A DNA stretch of 52,789 nt from an uncultured Flavobacterium sp. (GCA_964537345.1 CAZIBV010000007.1:1-52789), one strand, 5' to 3'. Shown: positions 1-8,708, counted from the stretch's first letter. Notes: generated by a model not told the origin, from the sequence alone. Made by a program: numbers and translations.

Positions 1-339
1 TTGGAATTTGGAATTTGGAATTTGCATTCCGGAATGTTGATGCCAGTTTACCAACCTTCTAATCGCTGACAAAATGGGATTTTAGATTTTAGATTTTAGA
101 TTTCAGATTTGGGATTCCGGAATGTTGAAACTGTTTGGATTTTGGATTTTGGAATTTGGAATTTGGAATTTGCATTCCGGAATGTTGATGCCAGTTTACC
201 AACAAGCTAATTGCTGATAGCTGAAAGCTAACCGCTTGGAATTTTGGAAGTTGGAATTTGGAATTTGGAATTTGCATTCCGGAATGTTGATGCCAGTTCA
301 CCAACAAGCTAATTGCTGACAGCTGACAGCTGACAGCTA
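1..339. repeat. Composite heptamer/palindrome repeat array, truncated at the window edge; reverse complement of the 3620-4260 family
   Basis: (TTGGAAT)n, (TTTTAGA)n and (GCTGACA)n tracts alternate with the block GCATTCCGGAATGTTGATGCCAGTTYACCAAC at 24, 172 and 274. Confidence 0.95.
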
Positions 340-1587
340 ATCGCTCTCCATCAGCCTCTTCCTCAACATGTCCAATGCCCTGTTCACCGATTGGTCGATG
401 ACTTTCTCGCGGGGTTGGCCAAATTGGAAACTTTGGACGACGACATCTGTGGGCGAAGCGATGGCGATAAAAACCTTTCCAACTGGTTCCGGCGTGTCGT
501 CGGTTGTCGGGCCGGCGTTTCCGGTGACGGCGATGGCGTAATCCGTTTGCAGTAGTTTTTGGGCGCCCAAGGCCATCTCGGAGGCGACCTGTGCGCTCAC
601 GACAGAATGGACCGCAATCGTATCGCGGTTAACGCCCAGAACTTTGGTCTTGACATCTTTGTGATAGCAAACAACACTTCCCTTGAAATACTGTGACGAG
701 CCTGAAACCGAGGTGATCAACTGCGCGATTTTGCCACCGGTGCAACTTTCGGCTGTTGAAAGGGTTAGCCCACGCGGTGTGAGCATCGGTCCGAGCACGG
801 TTTCAAGAGTTTGCGATTCATCATAACCTACAATCACATCGCCTATAAGCGGTTTGAGCATTTCGACGCGGGCGGCCACCTCGCTTTTCAGGACGGTTTC
901 ATCGGTGCCGCGGGCCGTCAGCCTTAAACGGACGCGACCAGGACTTGGCAGGTAAGCTAGCTTGATGAACGGCGGGAGATTGTCTTCCCAGTCGGCAATG
1001 CGCTCGGCAATGACGCTCTCGCCCACCCCGTATGTCAAAACGGTTTGATGGACAATAAACGGACGTTTAAAATCGGTTACGAGTTTTGGAATGAGTTGAT
1101 CGCTGACAATGGCTTTCATCTCATACGGAACGCCCGGAAGCGAGACAAAAACGGTTTTGCCGCGTTGCATCCACATTCCCGGTGCTGTGCCGTGTTCATT
1201 TTTTAAAACGGTACAGGTTGACGGAACCAGCGCCTGATCGCGGTTAAGCGTCGTTAGCGGACGGTTGTAAAGCCTGAGAAAAATCTGGGTGACGTGTTCC
1301 AGGGTTTCGGCGTGGATTACCAGATGGTCGTCAAAATACTCGCAAAGGGTTTTCTTGGTGACATCGTCCTTGGTTGGACCCAGCCCACCGGTGATGACCA
1401 CAAGTTCATACACGTCCTGACAGCCCGAAAGCGTATCCAGAATGGCCTCGCGCGTGTCGTTGACCGACAACATCAAACCTGTCTCAATCCCAATGCGGTC
1501 GAGTGCCCTGGCAATGAATCCGGAGTTGGTATCGGTGATTTGCCCGATGAGGATTTCGTCACCAATGGTGACTACGGCAGCCTTCAT
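337..1587 (-). CDS. cinA: CinA family protein (MoCF-like domain + PncC NMN deamidase)
   Basis: N-terminal IGDEILIGQITDTNS and TGGLGPTKDD; C-terminal STAESCTGG. Confidence 0.95.
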   Translation of the reverse strand: MKAAVVTIGDEILIGQITDTNSGFIARALDRIGIETGLMLSVNDTREAILDTLSGCQDVYELVVITGGLGPTKDDVTKKTLCEYFDDHLVIHAETLEHVTQIFLRLYNRPLTTLNRDQALVPSTCTVLKNEHGTAPGMWMQRGKTVFVSLPGVPYEMKAIVSDQLIPKLVTDFKRPFIVHQTVLTYGVGESVIAERIADWEDNLPPFIKLAYLPSPGRVRLRLTARGTDETVLKSEVAARVEMLKPLIGDVIVGYDESQTLETVLGPMLTPRGLTLSTAESCTGGKIAQLITSVSGSSQYFKGSVVCYHKDVKTKVLGVNRDTIAVHSVVSAQVASEMALGAQKLLQTDYAIAVTGNAGPTTDDTPEPVGKVFIAIASPTDVVVQSFQFGQPREKVIDQSVNRALDMLRKRLMESD

Positions 1588-1658
1588 GGAATTGATGAAA
1601 TTAAAATTTTGACCTGAAGAATTTGGATTCAGTTTCTTTTAAAATCCAATTTAAAAAA

Positions 1659-2003
1659 TCAAAGATTGAAATCTTTCTTGATTTCCTTCACGGCCTTTTC
1701 AACCTGAGATTCAACGCTCTCAAAAGTCTCGTTGATTTCTTTGCGCTTTCCTTCGCGCTTGGTCCAGGCCTCGATCTGAAGGATTTCTTCATAGGCCACA
1801 TTCATTCCCAAAAGGTCGAGCGTGGGCTTTATTTTGTGAGCGTAGGCGTAGGCGAGTTTGTGATCCTTGGTTTTGATTCCGAGGCGGATCTGGGTCATGT
1901 CCTGAGGAACTTCGGTGACAAACAGCGTGATGATCTGCGTCACGAACTCAGGGTCATTATCTGAAAGTGCATAGACTTTCGCTAAATTGTAGTGTAAGGC
2001 CAT
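1659..2003 (-). CDS. Stand-alone Hpt (histidine phosphotransfer) domain protein
   Basis: 114 aa, helical, AHKIKP phospho-His motif. Confidence 0.85.
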   Translation of the reverse strand: MALHYNLAKVYALSDNDPEFVTQIITLFVTEVPQDMTQIRLGIKTKDHKLAYAYAHKIKPTLDLLGMNVAYEEILQIEAWTKREGKRKEINETFESVESQVEKAVKEIKKDFNL

Positions 2004-2006
2004 TTT

Positions 2007-2618
2007 TTACTTGACGTGTAAGCTAAATAGTTTTTCTTGGGCAAGAAATCCTTCCAAGACGTCGCCTGGTTTTACAGCAGCCACACCTTGCGGAGTTCCT
2101 GTAAAAATCAAATCACCGGTTTTTAGCGTAAAATACTCTGAAACATGAGCAATCAGCTCATCCACAGTCCATAGCATGTCGGCAGTATTACCTGTTTGGA
2201 CGGCTTGGTCGTTTTTCCGGAGTTCAAAATTAAGGTTTTCTATTGAAGGAAAAACTTTTTTCGATATAAGGTTGCCAATCACCGCTGAACCGTCAAATGC
2301 TTTGGCCTTTTCCCACGGCAGTCCTTTTTCCTTTAACATTTGTTGAACATCGCGTGCGGTGAAGTCAATTCCCAGGGTAATTTCATCGTAATACTTGTGC
2401 GCAAATTTAGGGCTGATGTGTTTCCCGGCCTTGTTGATGCGCACCACCAGCTCGATTTCATGATGAACGTCCTGCGAGAATTCCGGCAGGTAAAAATCCT
2501 GCTCTTTTGACAGAAGCGCGGTATCAGGTTTGAGAAAAACAACAGGTTCGTCGGGCCTTTGATTGCCCAGTTCTGAAATGTGGTCGGCGTAATTGCGCCC
2601 GATGCAGATTATCTTCAA
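2007..2618 (-). CDS. Fumarylacetoacetate hydrolase family protein
   Basis: IICIGRNYADH, HHEIEL, DFTARD and GDLIFTGTP motifs; TTG start. Confidence 0.93.
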   Translation of the reverse strand: MKIICIGRNYADHISELGNQRPDEPVVFLKPDTALLSKEQDFYLPEFSQDVHHEIELVVRINKAGKHISPKFAHKYYDEITLGIDFTARDVQQMLKEKGLPWEKAKAFDGSAVIGNLISKKVFPSIENLNFELRKNDQAVQTGNTADMLWTVDELIAHVSEYFTLKTGDLIFTGTPQGVAAVKPGDVLEGFLAQEKLFSLHVK

Positions 2619-2668
2619 GGTTGAAAGTTAAATGTCGAAAGTCAAACGAGGTAAACCTCAGCTTCGGG

Positions 2669-3445
2669 TTATGATAATTTGTTATTCAGTTTTCTAAGTT
2701 TGATCGCCGTCAGCACCTTTTTGGTATACAGCGGAAAGTCGGCGTTCTGGATCCATCCAAAATAACCCGGCTCCTCGTCGAGTATTTTTTGAACCTTGGC
2801 GCCCTTGTGTTTCCCAAAAGTAAAAACTTCTTCGCCATCGGCATCCAAAGCGATAAACCCTGCAAAGTCAACGGCTTTTTTGCGTGTAGTGTATTCGGCA
2901 AGCGCCTTGACATCGTTTTGCAGATCAGGGTAGCGCTCCAGTTGCGCCAGGAGAATTTCATATGTGGCATTGGTATCCGCCTCGGCCGAGTGCGCATTTT
3001 CCAGCGACTGTCCGCAATAAAATTTATAGGCGGCGCTCAGCGTTCGTTCTTCCTTTTTATGGAAGATGGTTTGCACGTCAACCGATACGCGGTTCTTCAT
3101 GTCAAAGTCGACACCGGCGCGAAGCAATTCCTCAGCAAGTAGCGGAATGTCAAACCGGTCAGAGTTGAATCCGCCCAAATCCGAGTCCTTTATCATTTGA
3201 TACACCTGCCCGGCCAGTTCCCTAAAAGGAGGCTCGTTGGCTACTTTTTCATCGGTGATTCCGTGCACGGCGGTACATTCGGCGGGAATGGGCCGTTCAG
3301 GATTCACAAGCCAGGTTCGGCTCTCCTTGTTTCCGTTGGGATAAACCTTCAGGATTGATATTTCGACGATTCGGTCTTTGCTGATGTCGGTTCCGGTGGT
3401 TTCGAGGTCAAAAAAACAAATCGGGCGGGTAAGTTTTAGTTCCAT
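2669..3445 (-). CDS. DEDDh 3'-5' exonuclease (DnaQ/Pol III epsilon-like)
   Basis: FFDLETTG and AHSAEADT motifs, C-terminal FGKHKG; start set at MELKL. Confidence 0.92.
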   Translation of the reverse strand: MELKLTRPICFFDLETTGTDISKDRIVEISILKVYPNGNKESRTWLVNPERPIPAECTAVHGITDEKVANEPPFRELAGQVYQMIKDSDLGGFNSDRFDIPLLAEELLRAGVDFDMKNRVSVDVQTIFHKKEERTLSAAYKFYCGQSLENAHSAEADTNATYEILLAQLERYPDLQNDVKALAEYTTRKKAVDFAGFIALDADGEEVFTFGKHKGAKVQKILDEEPGYFGWIQNADFPLYTKKVLTAIKLRKLNNKLS

Positions 3446-3449
3446 GTAA

Positions 3450-3484
3450 TTCAATTGACAATTGATAATTGATAATTGACAATT
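3450..3484. repeat. Heptamer tandem repeat (AATTGAY)n just upstream of the exonuclease start
   Basis: tcaattgacaattgataattgataattgacaatt. Confidence 0.9.
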
Positions 3485-3581
3485 AGGCCCGTGGGGTCGA
3501 TTGGAGTTATAATTGACAATTAGTTTAGAAATGCAAAGATACTTAGAAACTATTTCCGACAACGTCGGTTGATAACTAATG

Positions 3582-3614
3582 AAAAAAGCCTCCCGTTTCC
3601 AGGAGGCTATTTCT
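3582..3614 (-). terminator. Intrinsic terminator, likely for the E2 transcript
   Basis: AGCCTCC/GGAGGCT stem flanked by A and T tracts. Confidence 0.7.
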
Positions 3615-3619
3615 TTATT

Positions 3620-4260
3620 AGCAGTCAGCTTTCAGCTGTCAGCCATTAGCTTGTTGGTGAACTGGCATCAACATCCCGGAATCCAAAATCCAAATTTCAA
3701 ATCCCAAATTCCAAATAGCTGCAACATTCCGGAATCGAAATTCCAAATTCCAAAATCCAAATTCCAAATCCTGTAAGTGAAGAAGCTCCAACCTTAGGAA
3801 ATTCCAATCTAAAATCTGAAATCTAAAATTTCAAGCAGTCAGCTTTTAGCAGTCAGCAATTAGCGTGTTGGTGAACTGGCATTAACATCCCGGAATCCAA
3901 AATCCAAATTTCAAATCTCAAATTCCAAATAGCTGCAACATTCCGGAATCGAAATTCCAAATTCCAAAATCCAAATTCCAAATCCTGTAAGTGAAGAAGC
4001 GCCAACCTTAGGAAATTCCAATCTAAAATCTGAAATCTAAAATTTCAAGCAGTTAGCTTTTAGCTGTCAGCAATCAGCGTGTTGGTGAACTGGCATCAAC
4101 ATTCCGGAATGCAAAATCCAAATTTCAAATCCCAAATTCCAAATAGCTGCAACATTCCGAAACCAAAATCTAAAATTCCAAAATCCAAATTCCAAATCCT
4201 GTAAGTGAAGAAGCGCCAACCTTAGGAAATTCCAATCTAAAATCTGAAATCTGAAATCTA
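3620..4260. repeat. Three tandem 214-bp composite units
   Basis: Units start at 3620, 3834 and 4048; GTTGGTGAACTGGC occurs at 3653, 3867 and 4081; heptamer tracts separate three constant blocks. Confidence 0.97.
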
Positions 4261-5670
4261 GAAAGTACGGTTCTCATCAAACGACTCCATCAACTCAGCA
4301 ACGCGTTTTACGAATGATCCGCCCAGTGCGCCGTCTACCACGCGGTGGTCATAGCTGTGCGAGAGGAACATTTTTTTGCGGATGCCGATAAAGTCGCCTT
4401 CTTCCGTCTCGATGACAGCAGGTACTTTGCGGATGGCTCCCAGCGCCAGGATACCCACTTGCGGCTGGTTGATGATAGGCGTGCCAAACACCGACCCAAA
4501 AGTACCCACGTTGGTCACCGTGTAGGTTCCGCCCTGCGTATCGTCTGGTTTGAGTTTTCCGGAGCGTGCCCTTTCGGCCAGGTCATTTACCGCCTTGGCC
4601 ATGCCAATCAGGTTGAGCTGGTCGGCGTTTTTGATAACCGGTACAATCAGATTGCCGTTAGGAAGGGCAGCTGCCATTCCCAGGTTGATGTTTTTCTTTT
4701 TGATGATGTAGTCACCGTCAACCGATATGTTCATCATCGGGAAATCTTTGAGCGCACGGGCCACGATTTCCATAAATATTGGCGTAAAGGTCAGTTTTTC
4801 ACCTTCGCGCTTTTCAAATGCGTTTTTGTTCTTTTCGCGCCAGTCCCAGATAGCCGTCACGTCAACCTCGATAAATGATTGTACGTGTGCCGATGTCTGT
4901 ACCGAATCGACCATGTATTTGGAGATCAGCTTGCGCATGCGGTCCATCTCGACAATTTCGTCCTGTCCGTTAACCGATACCGGAGCTTTGACCGGTTGGC
5001 TTGGAGCAGCGGCTGGTGTTGAAGCTGGCGCCGGAGTCGCAGCAGGTGCCGGTATTGCGGGAGCTACAGGAGTTGCGGCAGGAGCAGGAGCTGCGGGTTG
5101 CGCACTCTCGACAGCCGCCGATGGCTGACTGGCCGGTTGCTGCTTGCGGTTGGCAATGTATTCCAGAATATCGTTTTTGGTTACGCGACCCTCGGCGCCG
5201 GTTCCTTTAATGGATTCCAGTTCGGCCATCGAGATGTTTTCCTCGCGGGCAATGTTGCGCACCAACGGAGAGTAAAAACGATCAGTATTGTGAAAATCCT
5301 CACGGCTTGCGGCCACGGGAGCAGCCACAAAATCGCGGGCAGCATCAACGGTTTTTTCAACTGCGGCAACAACTTCCGGTGCGGGTGCTGCAGCAGGTTG
5401 TGCAGCGGGCGCCTCTACGGCGGCTCCACCTTGGGTCTCAATGATTCCGATGGTCTGCCCTACTTTGACAAGGTCATCCTTCCCGAACAATTTTTCTACA
5501 AGGGTTCCCGATACTTCGGAAGGGACCTCACTGTCGACTTTGTCGGTCGCGATTTCCAAAACCGCTTCATCCGCATCGATGTGGTCGCCCACCTCTTTTA
5601 ACCAGTTGGTAATCGTCGCCTCGGCCACGCTTTCACCCATCTTGGGCAGCTTCAGTTCGTATCTTGCCAT
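4258..5670 (-). CDS. 2-oxoacid dehydrogenase E2 (dihydrolipoamide acyltransferase, probably branched-chain type)
   Basis: Lipoyl domain TDKVDSEV, E3-binding SPLVRNIARE, catalytic DHRVVDG, Ala/Pro linkers. Confidence 0.93.
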   Translation of the reverse strand: MARYELKLPKMGESVAEATITNWLKEVGDHIDADEAVLEIATDKVDSEVPSEVSGTLVEKLFGKDDLVKVGQTIGIIETQGGAAVEAPAAQPAAAPAPEVVAAVEKTVDAARDFVAAPVAASREDFHNTDRFYSPLVRNIAREENISMAELESIKGTGAEGRVTKNDILEYIANRKQQPASQPSAAVESAQPAAPAPAATPVAPAIPAPAATPAPASTPAAAPSQPVKAPVSVNGQDEIVEMDRMRKLISKYMVDSVQTSAHVQSFIEVDVTAIWDWREKNKNAFEKREGEKLTFTPIFMEIVARALKDFPMMNISVDGDYIIKKKNINLGMAAALPNGNLIVPVIKNADQLNLIGMAKAVNDLAERARSGKLKPDDTQGGTYTVTNVGTFGSVFGTPIINQPQVGILALGAIRKVPAVIETEEGDFIGIRKKMFLSHSYDHRVVDGALGGSFVKRVAELMESFDENRTF

Positions 5671-5706
5671 TGTATCGAAATAAAAACTAATATAATTTAA
5701 AGTAGG

Positions 5707-5746
5707 AATCCCAAATCTAAAATCTGAAATCTAAAATCTTAAATCC
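5707..5746. repeat. Single (AAATCTR)n heptamer module upstream of the E2 start
   Basis: aatcccaaatctaaaatctgaaatctaaaatcttaaatcc matches the last module of the 214-bp unit. Confidence 0.85.
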
Positions 5747-5826
5747 GTATCCAACCAGAGTGCGAAATTAGAAAATTTTATCGGGTTTCAATCGTTGTCG
5801 CCGCGTTTTTAGACCATCTGCAATAA

Positions 5827-6969
5827 CTATCGGTGAGCGGCAAAAGTCACCACCTCTCCCCTGTCGTTGCTCGAATCGCTTCCTATCAAATAACCATCGC
5901 GCGGATGTACTATTCTAAAGGTCAGGTTTTTGGCTTTCGCCGATAGCATAATCGCCATGATTTGGCCGTAGCTTAATTCATTGGCGTCCAACAATATCCG
6001 GGAACCTTCTTTAACTCCGTTCACATGGGTGACACTACTCAGCGAAACCGACAATTTTTCCTCCAAAGCCGCTTTGAGTTCATCGTTTTGCGACATCAGA
6101 TACCAGGCCGACGGACGCACGACACCGCCCAGCGTATTTTTTTTGGTCAGCGCAAAAACATAGGCGCCGGCCTTCATAAATATGTTAAAAACACGCCCGG
6201 ACGCGCTTTGTCCGTAGTGCTTGTCGTAAAAATAGGTCATCGCTTCCCTGAAACGGTTTAGGTAACGCGCATCCTTGACGGTGCTTTCGCCCTTGTAATG
6301 AATCACCTGGGTGTCGGCAAAATAATAATTGGTGCGGCCCATTTGCAACGCGCGATAGGAAAGGTCGATGTCGTCAGAATACATAAAGCAGTTCTTGTCA
6401 AATCCGCCCAAGTTGTCGTAAAGGGATTTTTCCATCAACATAAACGCGCCTACCAGGATATCGGCTTTGCCGGATTGGCCTGGTGTGAGATGGCTGGCGT
6501 AGTAGCGGCCAAACCATTTGGATGAAAGCTTGTACAGGCCTGAAATTTTGGTAAAAGCTACCCAGGGCGTCGGGATTCCGCGCTTGGATTCAGGCAGGAA
6601 GTTTCCACGGCCGTCAATCAGCTTTACGCCTACAATGCCGGGATTTTCCAGCGAGTCAAAATAGCTGATGGCCTTGGTAAATGTGTCCGGTGCAACAACG
6701 GTGTCGGGATTGAGGATACAGACAAGCCTGCCTTTGGCCACGGCAACACCAATATTGTTTCCTTTGGGAAAACCGGAATTTTCAGGATTTTCAATCAGCC
6801 GGACGTTTGGAAAATGCTCGCGCACCATGTGGCAACTGTCGTCGGCCGAGGCGTTGTCTACCACAATGATTTCGGCATCCAGACCAGTTGTGGCACGGGT
6901 AACGCTGTCCAGACACTGCTGCAAAAACCATCTGACGTTATAATTAAGGATGATGACCGAAAGTTGCAT
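5827..6969 (-). CDS. Glycosyltransferase family 2
   Basis: LSVIILNYN, VVDNASAD, LNPD and DDIDL motifs. Confidence 0.92.
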   Translation of the reverse strand: MQLSVIILNYNVRWFLQQCLDSVTRATTGLDAEIIVVDNASADDSCHMVREHFPNVRLIENPENSGFPKGNNIGVAVAKGRLVCILNPDTVVAPDTFTKAISYFDSLENPGIVGVKLIDGRGNFLPESKRGIPTPWVAFTKISGLYKLSSKWFGRYYASHLTPGQSGKADILVGAFMLMEKSLYDNLGGFDKNCFMYSDDIDLSYRALQMGRTNYYFADTQVIHYKGESTVKDARYLNRFREAMTYFYDKHYGQSASGRVFNIFMKAGAYVFALTKKNTLGGVVRPSAWYLMSQNDELKAALEEKLSVSLSSVTHVNGVKEGSRILLDANELSYGQIMAIMLSAKAKNLTFRIVHPRDGYLIGSDSSNDRGEVVTFAAHR

Positions 6970-7030
6970 GCCGCTAAGATAGCCCACAATTTGACATTGA
7001 CAACCCGGTACGCCCAGTGTTGCCTTTGTG

Positions 7031-7183
7031 GCGCGTTAGCGATTGAGCCTTTGTTGGAGCTCTTTTGCGCAGGGGAACATCCCAGCGGTGTAAAACATAC
7101 CGCGCAAAAAGCGACTGGCGAAAGCGCGGCCGCCCCGTGATTGCAAAAGCCAGATAAAAGGCCGCAGCGGCAACGCCCAAAAA
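7031..7183. repeat. Structured intergenic repeat, copy 1 (Flavo-1-like)
   Basis: GCGTTAGCGAT...CTTTTGCGC/GCGCAAAAAG...AAAGCGCG...GGCAACGCCCAAAAA, collinear with 47168-47337. Confidence 0.6.
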
Positions 7184-7232
7184 ATTGGTAAGCAGAAAGT
7201 TGCTATATTCGCCAAAATTTAAACCATACCAA

Positions 7233-8015
7233 ATGAAAAAAACCTATTTACTATTTACCGCTATCCTGATGACGGGCTTTGCCGGATGTTCAAGCGATGA
7301 GTCAAGCAACAACAATGACGGGCCTGGAACGGGCGAATTGGTTCAGCGGATTGAATTTGAATACATTGAAGACGATTATACCGATGCTATAAACTTTACC
7401 TACAACGGGAACAAACTCGTAAAAGGGGTTTATACGGATGGGTCAGAAGATCGATTCTTTTACACCGGTGATCGCATTACAAAAATTGAATATGTAACCG
7501 GTGGGGAGGTTCAAGCGAGGGAATTGTTCACCTACAATGAGAGTGGCATGCTAACCGAATATCGCTTTCTTGAACTGACGTGGGATTTTGAAGAGCGCTC
7601 TACATTTGTTGCTACCGGCGCCAATACAGTATTGGAAACGTATTACAGTGGGTCAATCGACAACGTATCCGAAGATTGGACTGCGGTTTTGACCATGTCA
7701 AACGGCGATGTGATTCAAAAGGTGCAATCAGGTATGACACCAACAACTTATACCTATACGTATGACGCCAAAAACAGCCCATTTAAAAATGTGACGGGTT
7801 ATGGCGCAATTGCCTATGTAGCCGCGGGCGATCACGAGTTTGAAGGATTTGCCAGAAACATCCTTTCTATTCACAACGACACCCAGGACATTGACTACAC
7901 GGTAAATACATATACCTACAACGCCGACAATTATCCGACAACACTCACCTCATTGGGATATTTTGACGAAAATTCGACGGCTTACACCATGAACGCGACT
8001 TTTATTTACCAATAA
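7233..8015 (+). CDS. Surface lipoprotein with YD/RHS-like beta repeats, function unknown
   Basis: Lipobox FAG-C, then acidic SSDESSNNND; repeated FTY/YTY-N strands. Confidence 0.8.
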   Translation: MKKTYLLFTAILMTGFAGCSSDESSNNNDGPGTGELVQRIEFEYIEDDYTDAINFTYNGNKLVKGVYTDGSEDRFFYTGDRITKIEYVTGGEVQARELFTYNESGMLTEYRFLELTWDFEERSTFVATGANTVLETYYSGSIDNVSEDWTAVLTMSNGDVIQKVQSGMTPTTYTYTYDAKNSPFKNVTGYGAIAYVAAGDHEFEGFARNILSIHNDTQDIDYTVNTYTYNADNYPTTLTSLGYFDENSTAYTMNATFIYQ

Positions 8016-8039
8016 GTTTCTGCAGACAAACATAAAATC

Positions 8040-8067
8040 AAGGCCCTCTCGAGGGTCTTTTTTTTTT
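8040..8067 (+). terminator. Intrinsic terminator
   Basis: AAGGCCCTC/GAGGGTCTT stem plus T run. Confidence 0.85.
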
Positions 8068-8119
8068 AAAAAGAAAAGCGCCCCACCGGAGCGCCTGTTC
8101 AACCCTTACATTACCTTAA

Positions 8120-8539
8120 TCAACCAATTTGGATGGTGCGTTTGGCTTTTGGCAACGCTTCTTCTTTTTTAGGAAGCGTAAGGCTCAGAATCCCATTTTC
8201 ATAACGAGCCGTGATGTTTTCATCATTTACGGTTTCAGGCAAGGTAAAGGAGCGCCTAAACGATGAAAAGGAAAACTCACGACGGGTGTATTTGCCTTCT
8301 TCAGATTTGTTTTCAGTCTTGAATTCAGACGAAATGGTCAACACGTTCTGATCGACGTCGATATTAAAATCTTCTTTGCTTTTTCCCGGTGCCGATAGTT
8401 CAACTTCGTACGAAGTATCAGTTTCACGGATGTTAACGGGCGGAACTGAAATATTAGAGGCACCAACCCAGTCAGGTTTGAAGAATTCGTCCAAAACCGA
8501 TGGGAAAAACACATTGTTGTTTCGTTTAACGAGTGTCAT
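8120..8539 (-). CDS. Hsp20/alpha-crystallin small heat-shock protein
   Basis: PPVNIRET, FRRSFTLP and YENGILSLTLPK motifs. Confidence 0.95.
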   Translation of the reverse strand: MTLVKRNNNVFFPSVLDEFFKPDWVGASNISVPPVNIRETDTSYEVELSAPGKSKEDFNIDVDQNVLTISSEFKTENKSEEGKYTRREFSFSSFRRSFTLPETVNDENITARYENGILSLTLPKKEEALPKAKRTIQIG

Positions 8540-8585
8540 AATGCGATATTTTAAATTAAACTTTTCGATTAACGACCGCCCATTT

Positions 8586-8646
8586 TCAATTCCTGTACCA
8601 ACACAATTCGGTATGTCTTTTTGTCATTTTATCTGACGAATTGTCT
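8586..8646 (-). promoter_or_regulatory. Putative sigma54-type promoter and upstream 13-bp palindromes for hsp20
   Basis: Minus strand TGGTAC-N5-TTGA (8586-8600); TGTCTTTTTGTCA at 8614 and TGACGAATTGTCT at 8634. Confidence 0.5.
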
Positions 8647-8708
8647 CGTGAGATTCTTTTTTAAAGTCTTTTGACTTTCGACTTTTGACTTTCAACTACT
8701 TTTGCCGC

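Noticed and set aside
89-307. 72-aa ORF, and the similar 65-aa ORF at 3579-3776
   Set aside because: Both are translations of heptamer repeats (IPNSKFQ) and the unit length is not a multiple of 3.
3446-3562. N-terminal extension of the exonuclease
   Set aside because: It runs through the AATTGAY repeat and the TATCTTTG promoter; the family-like sequence begins at MELKL (3445).
3620-4260. CRISPR array (the GTTG...CAAC block resembles the ends of Bacteroidota CRISPR repeats)
   Set aside because: The intervening sequences are near-identical low-complexity tracts rather than unique spacers, the period is 214 bp, and there are no cas genes in the window.
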